Shown in pieces: positions 49,801 to 64,000 of a stretch of DNA of 64,000 bases. The position numbers and the translations under genes were made by a program. Source of the stretch: Octopus sinensis (taxonomy: Eukaryota); NCBI RefSeq assembly GCF_006345805.1, contig NC_042998.1, forward strand, positions 166,408,001-166,472,000, read 5' to 3'. The number at the start of each line of letters is the position of its first letter. Within the stretch, counting starts at the first letter, position 1. Under the pieces are notes generated by a model that saw nothing but the letters and a program-made list of their open reading frames with translations, made no database searches and was not told the origin of the DNA.

Positions 49801-50561
49801 ATGCATGTATAGATTTGTATGTTTTATTTTATATATGTATTCTCATGCATATAGTTACATGCCTAGACGTGTGCATATATATCTTAATGATAAACTTCTG
49901 CGAAGTTTTACAGAATTTTACTGTCCCAGCGATGGCTTGGATCAGTGGTCTTCAAATCAGATTCCTCTTTTCTGGTTTTGCGAAGCCTAATTGCCCAAGA
50001 TTGGTATTTAGGCAGTGTGTTACATATCCCACTGCGCCAATAATTACAGGTATAAAACTGAACTTGCAATCTGGGTAGAGTAACTATAGATTTCTTAATA
50101 GTTCAGCTTAGATATTTTCTACGTTGATTTGGGTTTTATAAAATATTTAAAACATTAATGAACATTAGATCATGCTTCATGAAAACCATACAATGTGTGT
50201 GTGTATGTGTGGTGTGTGTGCGTGTATGTGTGTGTGCGTGGAGGTGTGTGTATGTGTGTGTATTTGTGTATTACATATATAGCACACTGTTCCATTAATT
50301 AGTGGAATCGAAAAAATGTACTCCAATACTATGTATTATAAATTCCACACCTCTGAGTGTGCAGTGGTTACACGAACTTGTATTGCGTGCCATGTACTAT
50401 AAGACAATCTTTCAGGCTCATGATACAATATGGCTGTTCTATGAGAAAAGAGAGATAGAATGAAAAAGTACGGAAGAAGAAAGTAAATGGAAAAAGGTAA
50501 CTAGAAAAAGCAAGGTGGAGCAAAAGACAATATTAGAATAATACACACATTATATTATATA

Positions 50562-50599
<38 letters not shown>

Positions 50600-51157
50600 T
50601 GTGTACACACGCGCGTGTGCGCGTGGATGTATGTGTGTGTATCTATGTGTGTGGGGGTGTCTTAGTGTTTATGCTTGTCCCCCACCACCGCTTGACAACG
50701 GGTGTTGGTGTGTTTACGTCCCCGCAATTTACCGGTTCAGCAAAAGAGTCTGATAGAATACGTACCAGGGTTAACAAAAAATAAGTACTGGGGTCGATTC
50801 CTTCGACTATAAATTATTTAGGCTGGTGCTCCAGAATGACCGAAGTCTCATGACTGAGACAAGTAAGAAATAGAAGATATAGCTGGCATTCGTATAACAT
50901 GAACGTACATTTTTACGCTCTCTTACTTGATTCAGACATTTTTGATTACAGCCATACTTGAACACTGCATTGATGGGTTTTAATCGATAAGTACTGTTTT
51001 TGAAATCTGGTACTTGTTCGATCAATCTCTTATGTCGAACCAATAAGTTATAGGGACGTAAGTAACGAAACAGTGGTCATCAACTGGTGCAAGAACAAAC
51101 ACAAGGACACGCACAAACATACATTTTATATTATAATTCAGTTGTGTTCTTTGTATA

Positions 51158-51365
51158 TACGAGGGGTTTCTGAAAAGTTCCTGACTTTAAGGGTGTCGTG
51201 AAAGGCCTGGTTGGAGGCTCAACCTTCCGAGTTTTTTTACAGAGCTAAGAAAATCTGAAGGATCACTGTAATAAGTGTGCATCTAAGATGGAAATATGGT
51301 GAATTAACTGACCCTCCTGTATTTTCTTTCGCCCAAAGTCAGGAACTTTTCAGCACCCCTTCGTA
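51158..51365 (+). mobile_element. Mariner-derived MITE
   Basis: TIRs are tacgaggggtttctgaaaagttcctgacttt / aaagtcaggaacttttcagcaccccttcgta, with TA termini. Confidence 0.85.
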
Positions 51366-53434
51366 TTTCTTTTCCTATGAAATATCGTACAAGTTAATTT
51401 TTTTTTATTATTATGGTATCTAAGTTGACCATTGTTGTATTGTCTACTATTGGCTTGCCATAATTCAGGAAAATCGTAGCTAGATTATTCATGAATGAAC
51501 TTCAAATAGAGGAAATGAAGATAATTAGTACGTATGACCTGAAAAGAGAGACGTAATAGAATATGGGGCCTGAAAACCCAAAACTTAGAAGAATATAAGA
51601 AGAATATAACAAGATATTTATTTTTATATACTTGCCTATAATCAATAAGGTGAATTCGAGTCAGTAAGTGATTCAAGTCTTTATATGATCACTTGTGGAG
51701 GCGCAATGATCCAGTGGGTAGGGCAGCAGACTCGCGGTCGGAGGATCGTGGTTTCGATTCCCAGACCGGGCATAAGTAAAAAAAAATATGATCACTTGAC
51801 TTACAAGTACTATTTCCATCACTCCACGAATTATATCCTATGGTTTTTAAAAACGAGGGCACCTTAGATAACACAACGTAAGAATTTTCAAAAATAAATT
51901 TGTTTATTGTATTTTTTTTTATTGTTTATCAATCCATTTTTTCTGCTGATTCCAAAAATGAAATTATTTTTTTGTGTATCATCAACAGTTAAAACAATAT
52001 GTCGACTTTCAATGTTATATATTCGGTATTGAAAAATATATGTTGTATAATTATCCTTACAATACAGAATAGATTGAACCAACAAAGTGCTGTAGAGAAA
52101 TGTTACAAATATAACGAGCAAATATGAAATTAGGAATAAATAAATAACTATCGATGTTACGTCAAAACGAATGTGATTTTTTTAATTTAGTGGCAAAAAA
52201 TGCATATATGAACATAAAAAAATACAAATTGTGTAATTGGTCTCAGGTGTGCTATGTCTAAAAACCTTTTGGTGCTATATCTTCTCGAACAAGACTAACC
52301 TGGAGTTAGACAGCAACAAGCAACAACAACAACAACTACGTAAGCTGAAGCATATATCTCGTAAGAGGGATATGTGATAACACTAATCACTATTACTTCT
52401 ATCATGGCTACTACAACTACTGCTGCAAACACCACCACAATCAGCACTACTATTACTACTACTACTACTACTACGTAGGGTTGCTTGGAAAATATGCATT
52501 CCTTGTAATTTTGTCATTGCACCCATATGAATACCTATGGTCAGGTCTAGAAAAATACATGCCTTCACATATACCACAATGTCTATGCGTGTATACACGC
52601 ATACTATGATGATAAGCATGCGTGCCCGTGTGTGTGTGTGTGTGTATGTGTGTGTGTGTGTGTCTATTTGCATGCGTAAGCAGTTTGTATATATGAAACT
52701 ATTAATGAATGCATCAAACCCACACACAGTGTTGCGTATGAATGCATAAATATGTGTGTGAATATGTCTGTGTGAATGAGTGTTTTGTGTGTGTATTGTG
52801 TGTTTATGTATGTGTGTGTGTGTGTCTGTATGTATATGAATATATGTATGTATATGTGTGAGTATATATATGTGTGTGTGTGTGTGTCTGTGTGTCTGTG
52901 TGTGTGTATGCATGTATGTACTTGCATGATTGTATGTTTGCATGAATATATGTTTGTGCGTGTAAGTGTGTGTATACGCACATTCACACACATCTGTGCA
53001 TCTGTGTGTATGTGAGTGTATATATGCGTGCATCGGTGTGGCTGTGTGTGTGTGAGAGAGAGAGAGTGTGTGTGTGTACATTTAATAATGATCAATGCTT
53101 ATGTAAACATGCAGGTAGGAAGTTGGAGAGTTATGACGTCACTGTGGCGCCAGCTTCGGACGACAATTTATGTCTGATAAACTGCCTAGATGAAGAAGAA
53201 AAGAAAAGAGAGAAAAATTGCTAACTTTATATTGTGTCAGATGAGTTTCCTTTCTAAACTAGGCACCTATACACATGAGTAACATTGTAGTAAAGGCGCC
53301 AACTTCGCTAGACGCCATTTTGAAAGACATGAGAAAACCCGAAGGCGCTTGGTGGGATTAAAGCGAATACAAATAAATATATCTAAATAAACATGTAAAC
53401 ACACTTTTGAAAATAAAATTGAAAACACAGATAT

Positions 53435-53480
<46 letters not shown>

Positions 53481-53567
53481 GTGTGTGTGTGTGTATGTGG
53501 TGTATGTGCGCGTGTGTATATATATATATATGTGTGTATATGTATATATATGTGTGTGTATATATAT

Positions 53568-53599
<32 letters not shown>

Positions 53600-53781
53600 T
53601 ATATATATATACATATATATGCATACACCACACACATATGTGTGTATGTGAAGGGGTTTTGTGTGTGTTTGGGTGTGTATCTGTGTATGCAAACGGATTT
53701 GTTTACATAATATGAATATTCCTTGAACACACACACACAACACACACATTACATACATACATACATATATATACGTGTCTG

Positions 53782-53814
<33 letters not shown>

Positions 53815-55393
53815 TATATATATATTATATATATAATATATATATAATACAGACACGCAACACACAATATATAACATGCAAAAAAATTTCTACATCATAC
53901 ACACATACATAAATCCATACGTGTGTGTGTGTTTGCGTGTGTGTATGTGCAAAATTTTTGTTCCCAGCGTTTTTTTTAATTCGTATTTTCTATTGTGGGT
54001 TCATGTTCGAGTTCCCCCGACAGCTTTTGTCAGAGATTAATTATAACTTTTGTTGTCGATTCATAATTCATATTATAAATTCATATTCTATGTGGTAGGT
54101 TCATCTACCTTCTCTCAGATTTGTAATAATTTACAAGTCTTTCACATAGCCTTTTTAATAATTTGTAAGTCTTTCACATAGACTTGTTTCCTGTAAGCTT
54201 CTGTCGTGGGCTTAGTTGCACCGATTCAATTTGTAAAGGATCAAGGCCATAAATTTGTATGTCTCAGGTGGGTTGTGTATATCATATCGACTTAAAACTT
54301 GAATTTGAACTCAGAACGTAACGGCAGACGAAATACCTATTTCTTTACTACCCACAAGGGGCTAAACACAGAGCGGACAAACAAGGACAGACAAACGGAT
54401 TAAGTCGATTGTATCGACCCCCACTGCGTAACTGATACTTATTTAATCGACCCCGAAAAGATGAAAGGCAAAGTCGACCTCGGCGGAATTTGAACTTAGA
54501 ACGTGGTGGCAGACGAAATACTGTTAAGCGTACTAATGTTTCTGCCAGCTCGCCGTCTTAAAATATTTATTTCTATCGTAGTGACTTAAGCTTTTGTACT
54601 TCTGTTCTTCGTCTACAACTTTTACTCGTTTCAGTCTTTTGACCACGGCCATGCTGGTGCACCGCCTTGACGGACTTAATATTTTAAAATCCTGGTACTT
54701 ATTCTACCGATCACTTTTGCCGAAACGCTAAGTTACGGGGAGTTAAACACACTAACACCGTTGTCAAGCGATAGCGGAGACAAACACAGACACAACGATA
54801 CACACGCACACACACATACATATACGACGGGCTTCTTTCTGTTTCCGTCTACCAAATCCACTCACAAAGCTTTTGGGCGGCTCGACGCTGTAGTAGAAGA
54901 CACTTGCTCAAGGTGCCACGCGGTGGGACTGAACCCGGAACCATGTGGTTGGGAAGTAAGCCTCACTGTACCGTCTCGAATAAAAGATTGGGGATGGTAC
55001 AGGACAATTCGATACGTCTTTCAGACTATGACGATGACGTGCTAAATCAAAATAATAATAATAAGCAGGGTGAGGTAGCGGAAGTGGTATGAACAGGAGA
55101 TTAATTAATGTTAGTAGGAGAAAAATTAAAATTTGAAGAATTGATTAGAAACGAGAAACTAGAGTTTCGGGAGTGGTCAAAAATGAAACAGATCACTTAG
55201 GTAAGATAAGTGCAATGGAGAGAGGGAAACAGAACAGTAAATACAAAATGTATTAAAATTGAGAATGCATCACAACACATACACACGTATATATACATGC
55301 ATATGTATTTGTGTGTGTGTGTGTGTGTGTGTGTCTGTGTGTGTGTGTGTGTGTGTGCGTGTGTGTGTGTGTATAGACGTAATATACACGGAA

Positions 55394-55455
55394 GCGTCGG
55401 TGGTTCAGTGGTAGAATGCCACGCGGTCAGCCCGGATTCGATTCCCGGCCGATGA
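55394..55455 (+). pseudogene. tRNA-Gly(GCC) pseudogene with an 8-nt deletion in the anticodon arm
   Basis: gcgtcggtggttcagtggtagaat[gctcgcct missing]gccacgcggtcagcccggattcgattcccggccgatg follows eukaryotic tRNA-Gly-GCC. A T7 tract lies at 55479-55485. Confidence 0.85.
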
Positions 55456-57360
55456 ACGTAGCATATTTGTATGCCTTCTTTTTTTAAAGGCATAGACGGG
55501 GCAATGTGGTAAGAAGCTTGCTTCCCAACCACATGGTTATGGGTTCAGTTCCACTGTGTGGCGCCTTGATCAAGCACCGGGACGACCAAAACCCTGTGAG
55601 TGAATTTGGTAGAGGGAAGCTAAAAGAAGCCCGTCTTATATATATGTATATATATATCTATGTGTGCGTGTCTTTGTGTCTGTGTTTGTCCCCCCGCCAC
55701 CGCTTGACAACCGATGCTGGTGTGTTTATGTCTCTGTGGGTTAGCGGTTCGGCAATTAGTGACCGATACAATAAGTACCAGGTTTTACAAAGAAAAATAA
55801 ATAACTAGGGTATATACATTCGACTAAAATTCCTTCATGGCGACGCCCCAGCATGGCCGCAGTCTAATGAAGATAAAAAAAAAATAGATAAATAGACAGA
55901 TACATACAAAGACAGTCATTCGTGTTGCTGTTTCTTTCTCACTCACTCTCATTCTATGTATACACACAGACACACACACGCACGCACACATCATATGCAT
56001 ATATCTTACTAGGACAATGTGACGTGTTTTTCAATGCCTTCAAAAAAGTACCGGGAGAAACAATGACCTTTTTCCTATCTGTGTTTCTGGGCCGAGATGC
56101 AAGATATCACTTATACAGAGATACTACTGAGGGGAATGGCCGGATGAGTTAACATTACTGTATACATGCTTGTAGATTACGTCAATGCTAATTCATACAT
56201 AACGAAGTTACTCACGAAAAGCGGTCACGTAGATGTTCGGTTTCACCGTATGTAAAGAATTGCGATGTTAATATTTAACACAGTAAGCCTGCGAGCTGGC
56301 AGACTCGTTAGCTTGCTGGGCATAATGCTTACCAGCATTTCGTCCATATTTACGTTCTGTGTTTAGATTCCGACGAAGTCAACTTTGCCTTTCTTCCCTT
56401 CGGAGTCAATAAAATAAATACCAGTCGAATACTAATGGTTGAAGTAATCGACCTACCCAATTACTAAGATTTTAAAAACTTAAATCCAATAAAACAAAAA
56501 AAATGACTACTAAGATTACGGACACATCCTCTACCTACCTACAACCTTTTTTAAAAAACAACCCATGATTTCAGAACCTACGTTTTTCGAACCCATGTTA
56601 AAAAAAGAAACAACCCATGATCTGAAAGGAGCATGCCTAAATATATATATCTGCTTATAAAGTTCTACATGCATGTAAAAGTTCTAAATAATAACGTAAC
56701 CTCAAATTTAATCAACAATATTTCTCCAAAACACTATTCAATAACAACCCACTCCATAACCTAATTGCCACTCCACTCAAACCCACATACCCGAGGAAGT
56801 TTTTATTTCAACAGCGACTATATAAAGCCAAGATTAACTTCAATGCACCGGAGTTCGACGATAGCTTAATTGGCCAAAACTATGAAACCACTGTCAATAA
56901 TATTCTCGTTTAAGAATAATAAATTTGTACTCTACAAAAGTATAGAGAAACCCATCTGATTAATGTAAAATTGTTTTAATTATAGCTGAACATAGAAACA
57001 AACAAGTTGTATATACAACCCAGATACTTTTAAAAACATTAAGCATTTGTTCCTTTCCACAAATGTTTGAGACTCAGCCAGAAACATAAACTGGGAGGCT
57101 AAATCGGCTCCAGCAGCAGCTCGCTTCTAGCCTACAGGTTTCTTAAAACTTGATTTTAAAAAGCAATGCTCTAACTATGAGAGGTCCCTTTTTGAATGAT
57201 AAAGTCTAAGATAGAAATGACGAGTGGATGATAGGGGGTGGTGTTGTCATACTCTGGAGCTTACAGAGATACAGGCTGTGCAGCGTTTTCATCATCGCCT
57301 TTCCTAACTTAGCTTCAAACATTAGCACACCCCTGGTTCGTAAAACAACATTACTGATCT

Positions 57361-57431
<71 letters not shown>

Positions 57432-57436
<5 letters not shown>

Positions 57437-58600
57437 GAGGGGTGTTCATTAAAGATTTCCTCTGACCCACTTCCGCTTATTACAAGAAACGAAACGAAAC
57501 TTGTACAGGTATAATCATACGTGTCTCTACATGTCACATTGCAAATTGTAGTTTTCCACTCATATTTGCTTGTCTTTTACAGCTGCTGAAGGGAACTAAG
57601 GTGTTATAATAGGGGCAGTCGAATGCAGATCAGTGACAGGTTCTTACACTTGAAAGGTCGTATACCAAAAGACACTTTCGATGAAATTCGGAAATCAGTG
57701 AGGACTGCTCCTATTCCTGGGCGACTACATTCCGCCATTGATGACGACCCCGTCCATAAAGTGGAAGCCGCCATTTTGGAGGATTACCGCATAACTACTA
57801 GGCAACCAAAAAGTGAAGATAAATGTAGGATCCGTGGAAAAAATCATTCATGACCATTTGCACATGCAGAAGTTGTCTGCTCGATGGATTCCCCGGATGC
57901 TCGCACCTTTTCAGTAGTAGGAACGAGTCAGTTACTCCCAGGCTCTTTTGTCAATGTGCCAAGAAAATGAGGAGGACTTTTTCGGCAGACTTATCACGCA
58001 GGATGAAACATGAGTCCATCACTATATCACTATGATCCTGAGACTAAATTCTAGTCGAAGTAATGGAAGCATAACTCAGCATATCAAAAAAAAAAGCTTG
58101 TTCCCAACCCTCGGCAGGCAAGGTTAAGATATTTTTCTACATGTTCAATCATTCATTCATAAACCTTTCCACACACAACATGGACTAAAATGTTCTTATG
58201 AAAATACGAATTACAATAATTTCAATGTCATGCTCAGCAAAAGTGAAACTGGTCGACAAACACAATATAAACTATATTAAAAAATATATTAAAAATACGT
58301 AAGATGGGTGCATTTTCCTTCTTTTCGGACCAGCGCGGAGTAGTAATGATGGATTTTATGCCAAAGGACATCACAGTTAAGGTGGTATATTATGCTTCCC
58401 TGCTGAAGAAATTGCGGGACGCCATCAAAGCTGAGAGGCGTTGCATGCTGACCAAAGGAGTCCACCTGCTCCAAGATAACTCCCCAGTTCAAAATGCATA
58501 TGTTGCCCAGATGAAAGCATACACCTGAGGCTTAATCCCTCTTAATCTTCCGACCTCACACCATTTCACTTCCACCTCTTTCCAATTATGAAGCCTTTTT
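57432..58600 (+). mobile_element. Degenerate mariner/Tc1 element interrupted by a 195-bp foreign block (58131-58325)
   Basis: There is a TIR-like start (tacacgagggggtgttc), then HLHMQKLSARWIPRML, RLITQDET, SAGKV, DQRGVVMMDF, LLQDNSP and SDLTPFHFHLFP, with stops and frameshifts. Confidence 0.85.
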
Positions 58601-58739
58601 TGAGTAGAGAATAAATAATAATTATGCCAAGTTTCGTTTATCCCAGTCCTTGTGAAGTGGGTCAGGAGAAGTCTTTAATGATTACTCCTGCAAATATATA
58701 TTTATATACACACACACACACACGCACACACAATATATG

Positions 58740-58800
<61 letters not shown>

Positions 58801-59843
58801 GGTGTGTGTGTGTGTGTGTAAAGCAAAAAAAATATATGTACATAATAAAGGAAGGGAAAATGCACACACTTTACATGTTCTACATTTGGGCGTTTACACT
58901 TTTTACCCGTTAGTTTCGTGGTTGTTATGCAGAGCTTCGTGATCTGTGTTGCTTCATGCATTTGAAGAATTAATGTGTTTACAAATTCATCAAATGCAAA
59001 AAGGGACACAAATCGCTAAAAAGACTTCTACCAAATGCGAAGCTTTATACAAAAACCAGGAAACCAACGATTAAAACACGCGGACGCCCAAACTGTGGGA
59101 CATGCCCAACCTACGGGAATCTCGGAATTCCTATTTAAATAAGAAGAGAGGTTCACAATTAAAACCAGCTTCAATTGTACTTCCGAGAATCTAATTTATG
59201 TTACAACTTCCTCGGGTTTTGGGCATAACTATATAGGACGGACAAGTATGACACAGAGACGGCGAATTACACTACATAAGGAGCAGATCCGGTTCCCACA
59301 ATACAGTCAGATTCATTTGAGTAAACACATAGAGAGATGTGCAGGTAATATCCGACCAAGCTTTACAGTTTTCCCATTCTACCAGTGCAAGGGAACAATT
59401 TCTATACAAAAACGTTTAAATAAAAAAAATTTGTTCATCGAAAAATACAGAGCACGTCTAAATATGAACGCATTGCCAAACTTGATCTCTCAGTGTATAT
59501 TTTAATTCATGATCACATACTATACATATTTCATATCACTACTTTAGCTTTTCAGTTTTGGGGTATATATATTTATCCCCTCGCCGAAAGATAAACAATT
59601 ACCTCCCTTGCCCCCCAATATTGACGATCACCAATTACCTCACCTTAGATTTTTCTACATGTTGAATCATTTATTCATAAACCTTTCCACACATAACATG
59701 GACTAAAATCTTCTTATGAAAATACGAATTACAATAATTTCAATGTCATGCTCAGCAAAAGTGAAACTGGTCGACAAACACAATATAAACTATATCAAAA
59801 AATATATTAAAAATATGTAAGATGAGTGCATTTTCCTTCTTTT
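58131..59843 (+). repeat. 195-bp direct repeat pair (58131-58325; 59649-59843)
   Basis: The copies are colinear with few substitutions. The first copy interrupts the mariner ORF. Confidence 0.9.
59050..59480 (+). mobile_element. Penelope-like element GIY-YIG endonuclease remnant
   Basis: RGRPNCGTCP (Cys motif), then after a frameshift IKTSFNCTSENLIYVTTSSGFGHNYIGRTSMTQRRRITLHKEQIR...LFIEKY. Confidence 0.8.
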
Positions 59844-59928
59844 ATTTTATATATATTTTTTGCATTACAACTCACCACGTGGAGATAATCAAATACCTCC
59901 ATTTGTGTTACTATATACATATTATATA

Positions 59929-59993
<65 letters not shown>

Positions 59994-60060
59994 TCCCATA
60001 TGATTAAATATATATATACATATTTATACATATATGTGCATATATATATATATATGTGTG

Positions 60061-60120
<60 letters not shown>

Positions 60121-60499
60121 TGTATGTATGTATGTATAGTAAATATCTATGATGAGTATACACACACACATATACTATTTTGGTGAGGGTCAAGGCACCC
60201 CCCTGTGAAAACAGATTGATCGAACAACTATAAATTGTAACGGTCTGAGTGAGATACAGACAGGGTAGGCGTTAATCGCAGGAAGTCATAAGGTGTCGTT
60301 TTGGTAATTTGTCGGAATATCGTTTGCTGGTTCGTGTATAGTTCGTGGAGAGTTGGATAGCCACGTTGTTGTTGCCCTGCTTCGTTATATGGTTTATTGT
60401 TACTACAAAGTTGTAGTGTAAAAAAGGTATCGTCATGACAACTAGCGATGCAACAGGCGATTGAACTCGAAAAACACGTCTTAATTTTATTACTTTATA

Positions 60500-61110
<611 letters not shown>

Positions 61111-61360
61111 ATATTCCCATATGTTATAAAATAAAATATATACATATTTTAATAAATAGTTTGTACCCATTTTCACATTTATTTTATTTCATTTGCCATT
61201 TCAATATTGGTTTTAAGGTGTTAATTATTATTGTTTTGGAACCGATGTATGTTCGGATAAATCGACTGAAATTGCAGTTTATGTCTTTAAAAATCGCAAA
61301 ATGTCGAAAAAGATGTTAACTCGAAACCACCTAAGTTACATATATGTGTGTATGTGTGTG

Positions 61361-61394
<34 letters not shown>

Positions 61395-62008
61395 GTGTGT
61401 GTAAACATACATAAATGTGGCTATAAGCACAGGCGTGGTTTTGTAGTGGTAAGAAATTTGGGTTCAGTCCCATTGCATGACACATTGAGCAAGTATCTTC
61501 TATAGCCTCGAGCCGACTAAAGCCTTGTGAGTGGATTTTGTAGATGGAAACTGAAAGAAAGCTGTCGTATATATATGTATATATTTCTTTACTACCCACA
61601 AGGGGCTAAACACAGAGGGGACAAACAAGGACAAACAAACGGATTAAGTCGATTACATCGACACCAGTGCGTAACTGGTACTTAATTTATCGACCCCGAA
61701 AGGATGAAAGGCAAAGTCGACCTCGACGGAATTTGTACTCAGAACGTATATATATGTATATGTGTGTGTGTGCGTGTGCGTGTGTGTGTGTGTGTGTGTA
61801 TTTGTGTATTTATGTCAGTGTTTGTCCTTCGCCCACCGCCACGTGACAGCCGGTACCTTAGCTGCTCGGCAAAAGAGACGATAGAATAAATTACAAGGCT
61901 TAATAAAACATAAGTCCTGGAATCAATTTGTCCGACTAAAACTCTCCGTGGCGGTGTCCCAGCACAGCCGCAGTCAAATAATGGAAAGAATCAAATGACT
62001 GAAATATA

Positions 62009-62041
<33 letters not shown>

Positions 62042-63093
62042 TGTATGTATGTATGTATGTATGTATGTATGTATGTATGTATGCTTGTATGTATGTATGC
62101 ATGCATGCATGCATGTACGATGAGAATGAGAGCTGCGACTGCAGTTGCATATATCTATAAATAACTGCCGGGATTTTCTTCTCGTGTGTTTATTTACGTG
62201 TATGTGTGTTTATGTGTAAACTAGAAATTAGTCATTATTATGACTAACAGTCGAAATTACTATGACTAATAAGTCCGTCATTACAAAGTTGAGTGCATTA
62301 AATGCCCTTCGCTCTCGTTTTGTCTCTTCTCCGTCCATTCTGTGTTTAACTCACCCGCACTTGAACCAAATATACACATACATACATATAGGCATACAAA
62401 CACACGCATATATATGCACATACACACGTATATGCGTGTGTGTGTATGTGTGTGTATATATATATATATTTATATACATGTATGTATGTATGTATGTATG
62501 TATGTACGTATGTATGCATGTATGTATGTATATATGTATGTATACAGACACACATGGATGTATAACATTTATATATATATATATATATATAATAAATCTT
62601 CTGGGGCTACAAGCTATTGTAGTATCCACCCTTAAGGGTTACCCACATTTAAGTGGCAAATATACTACGTGTGTGTGTGTGTGTATATGTATATATACAT
62701 ATATATACATATACATGTTTTTATATATACATGTATATATATGTGTGTGTGTGTGTGTGTGGTGTGTGGAGGCGCAATGGCCCAGTGGTTAGGGCAGCGT
62801 ACTCGCGGTCATAGGATCGCGGTTTCGATTCCAAGACCGGGCGTTGTGAGTGTTTATTGAGCGAAAACACCTAAAGTTCCTCGAGGCTCCGGCAAGGGAT
62901 GGTGGCGAACCCTGCTGTATTCTTTCATCACAACTTTCTCTCACTCTTTCTTCCTGGTTCTGTTGTACTTGTGTCATGCTGAATCTCCCCGAGAACTACG
63001 TTAAAGGGACACGTATCTGCGGAGTGCTCAGCCACTTGCTCTAATTTCATGAGCAGGCTGTTCCGTTTATCGTAACTACAGTGCCACTGTATA

Positions 63094-63124
<31 letters not shown>

Positions 63125-64000
63125 GAAAAATATATTATTATACATGTATATATCTACTATACATGATTATATTATAACACACGCACACATACACACACAC
63201 ACACACACAACACACACACACACACCTGGCGCATGGAGATTGAGATTTCAATTCCTAGAGCGGGTGGGGAGTTGTTTTCAAGAGCAAAACACTTCATTTC
63301 ATGTTATTCTGCGATCTCTTCGACACCTGACGCGTGGTAGACCGTGCACCTATACGGACAGCGTCGATTTGATGGAGAGAGTGAGCACGAACATCTGATC
63401 GCTACAAACAAATCATTTTGTGCAGGTCGTTCGGCAGAAGCTGAACGCTCATACGTATGAGGTCAGCAGTTTCGAGCACGGGGATAAATGGATTACGTCT
63501 ACCCAAATGTTCAACTAGTTTTCCTTTCATTCACCCCGAAAATATGAAAGGCAAATGTCGACCGTGGGAGAATTCGGTACTATATATTATGCAAGGATTT
63601 GAACTCAGAACGAACAAGCTGCTAAACATTTTGTACGGTGTGCTGATGACTCTACCAACTTGCCGCCTTTTTATGACGTGTCATAATAAGACGAGATAGC
63701 AATAACAGGAATGATATGGATCAGAGATCATTGTTCTTCTTATACAGACCTCGCCTGTTTTTGTGTACGTATTTACACAAGAACTGTACTCGATTAAGGT
63801 ATAATATTGATACTCATTAAATAGATATTCTAGAGTTTATAAGATAAATTCAACCTAGTTTATATATGAACTCATGCTTCTAGGTAACGAAACCAGATGC
63901 CATAGAAAAGTTGGAACGATGTCGGGATCAAAAATTATCATCGAGTTCAAATCCCGTCAAGGACAGCACTACCTTTCAGCATTGCCTCCGGAGTCGAAAA

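Noticed and set aside
49333-49806. Antisense ORFs overlapping the hnRNP L retrocopy
   Set aside because: They are shadow frames of the sense ORF.
56500-57060. Possible LINE remnant (DYGHILY, LYKSIEKP-like words)
   Set aside because: The motifs are in the wrong order and too degenerate to call.
57265-57332. Possible 68-bp minus-strand exon with ccag acceptor and gtaagc donor
   Set aside because: The open frame is unrecognisable and cannot be linked to a gene model.

Overview
Eukaryotic, AT-rich, non-genic-looking DNA saturated with microsatellites and transposable-element debris. The SINE families (tRNA-Arg-headed OR1/OR2-like elements and others) and the repeat density point to an octopod cephalopod such as Octopus; this is an inference. 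Only one host-gene-derived ORF is recognisable: an intronless, C-terminally truncated hnRNP L-like retrocopy (49195-49800, +). A second, diverged copy of its RRM2 end lies inverted about 350 bp upstream (48761-48850, -). Mobile DNA includes dozens of tRNA-derived SINEs (at least 5 families, often head-to-tail), a decayed L1/Tx1-type LINE (about 27150-30215, -) and Dong/R4-type REL retrotransposon pieces. There is also an RTE 3' end with tandem zinc fingers, Penelope-like remnants (a GIY-YIG domain and hammerhead-ribozyme-like motifs), two mariner relics, mariner and hAT MITEs, two long fold-back palindromes and a tRNA-Gly pseudogene. Several local duplications preserve filled and empty insertion sites. 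Nearly all other ORFs in the supplied track are microsatellite or SINE artefacts. Alignments and coordinates were done by eye, so element boundaries are approximate.
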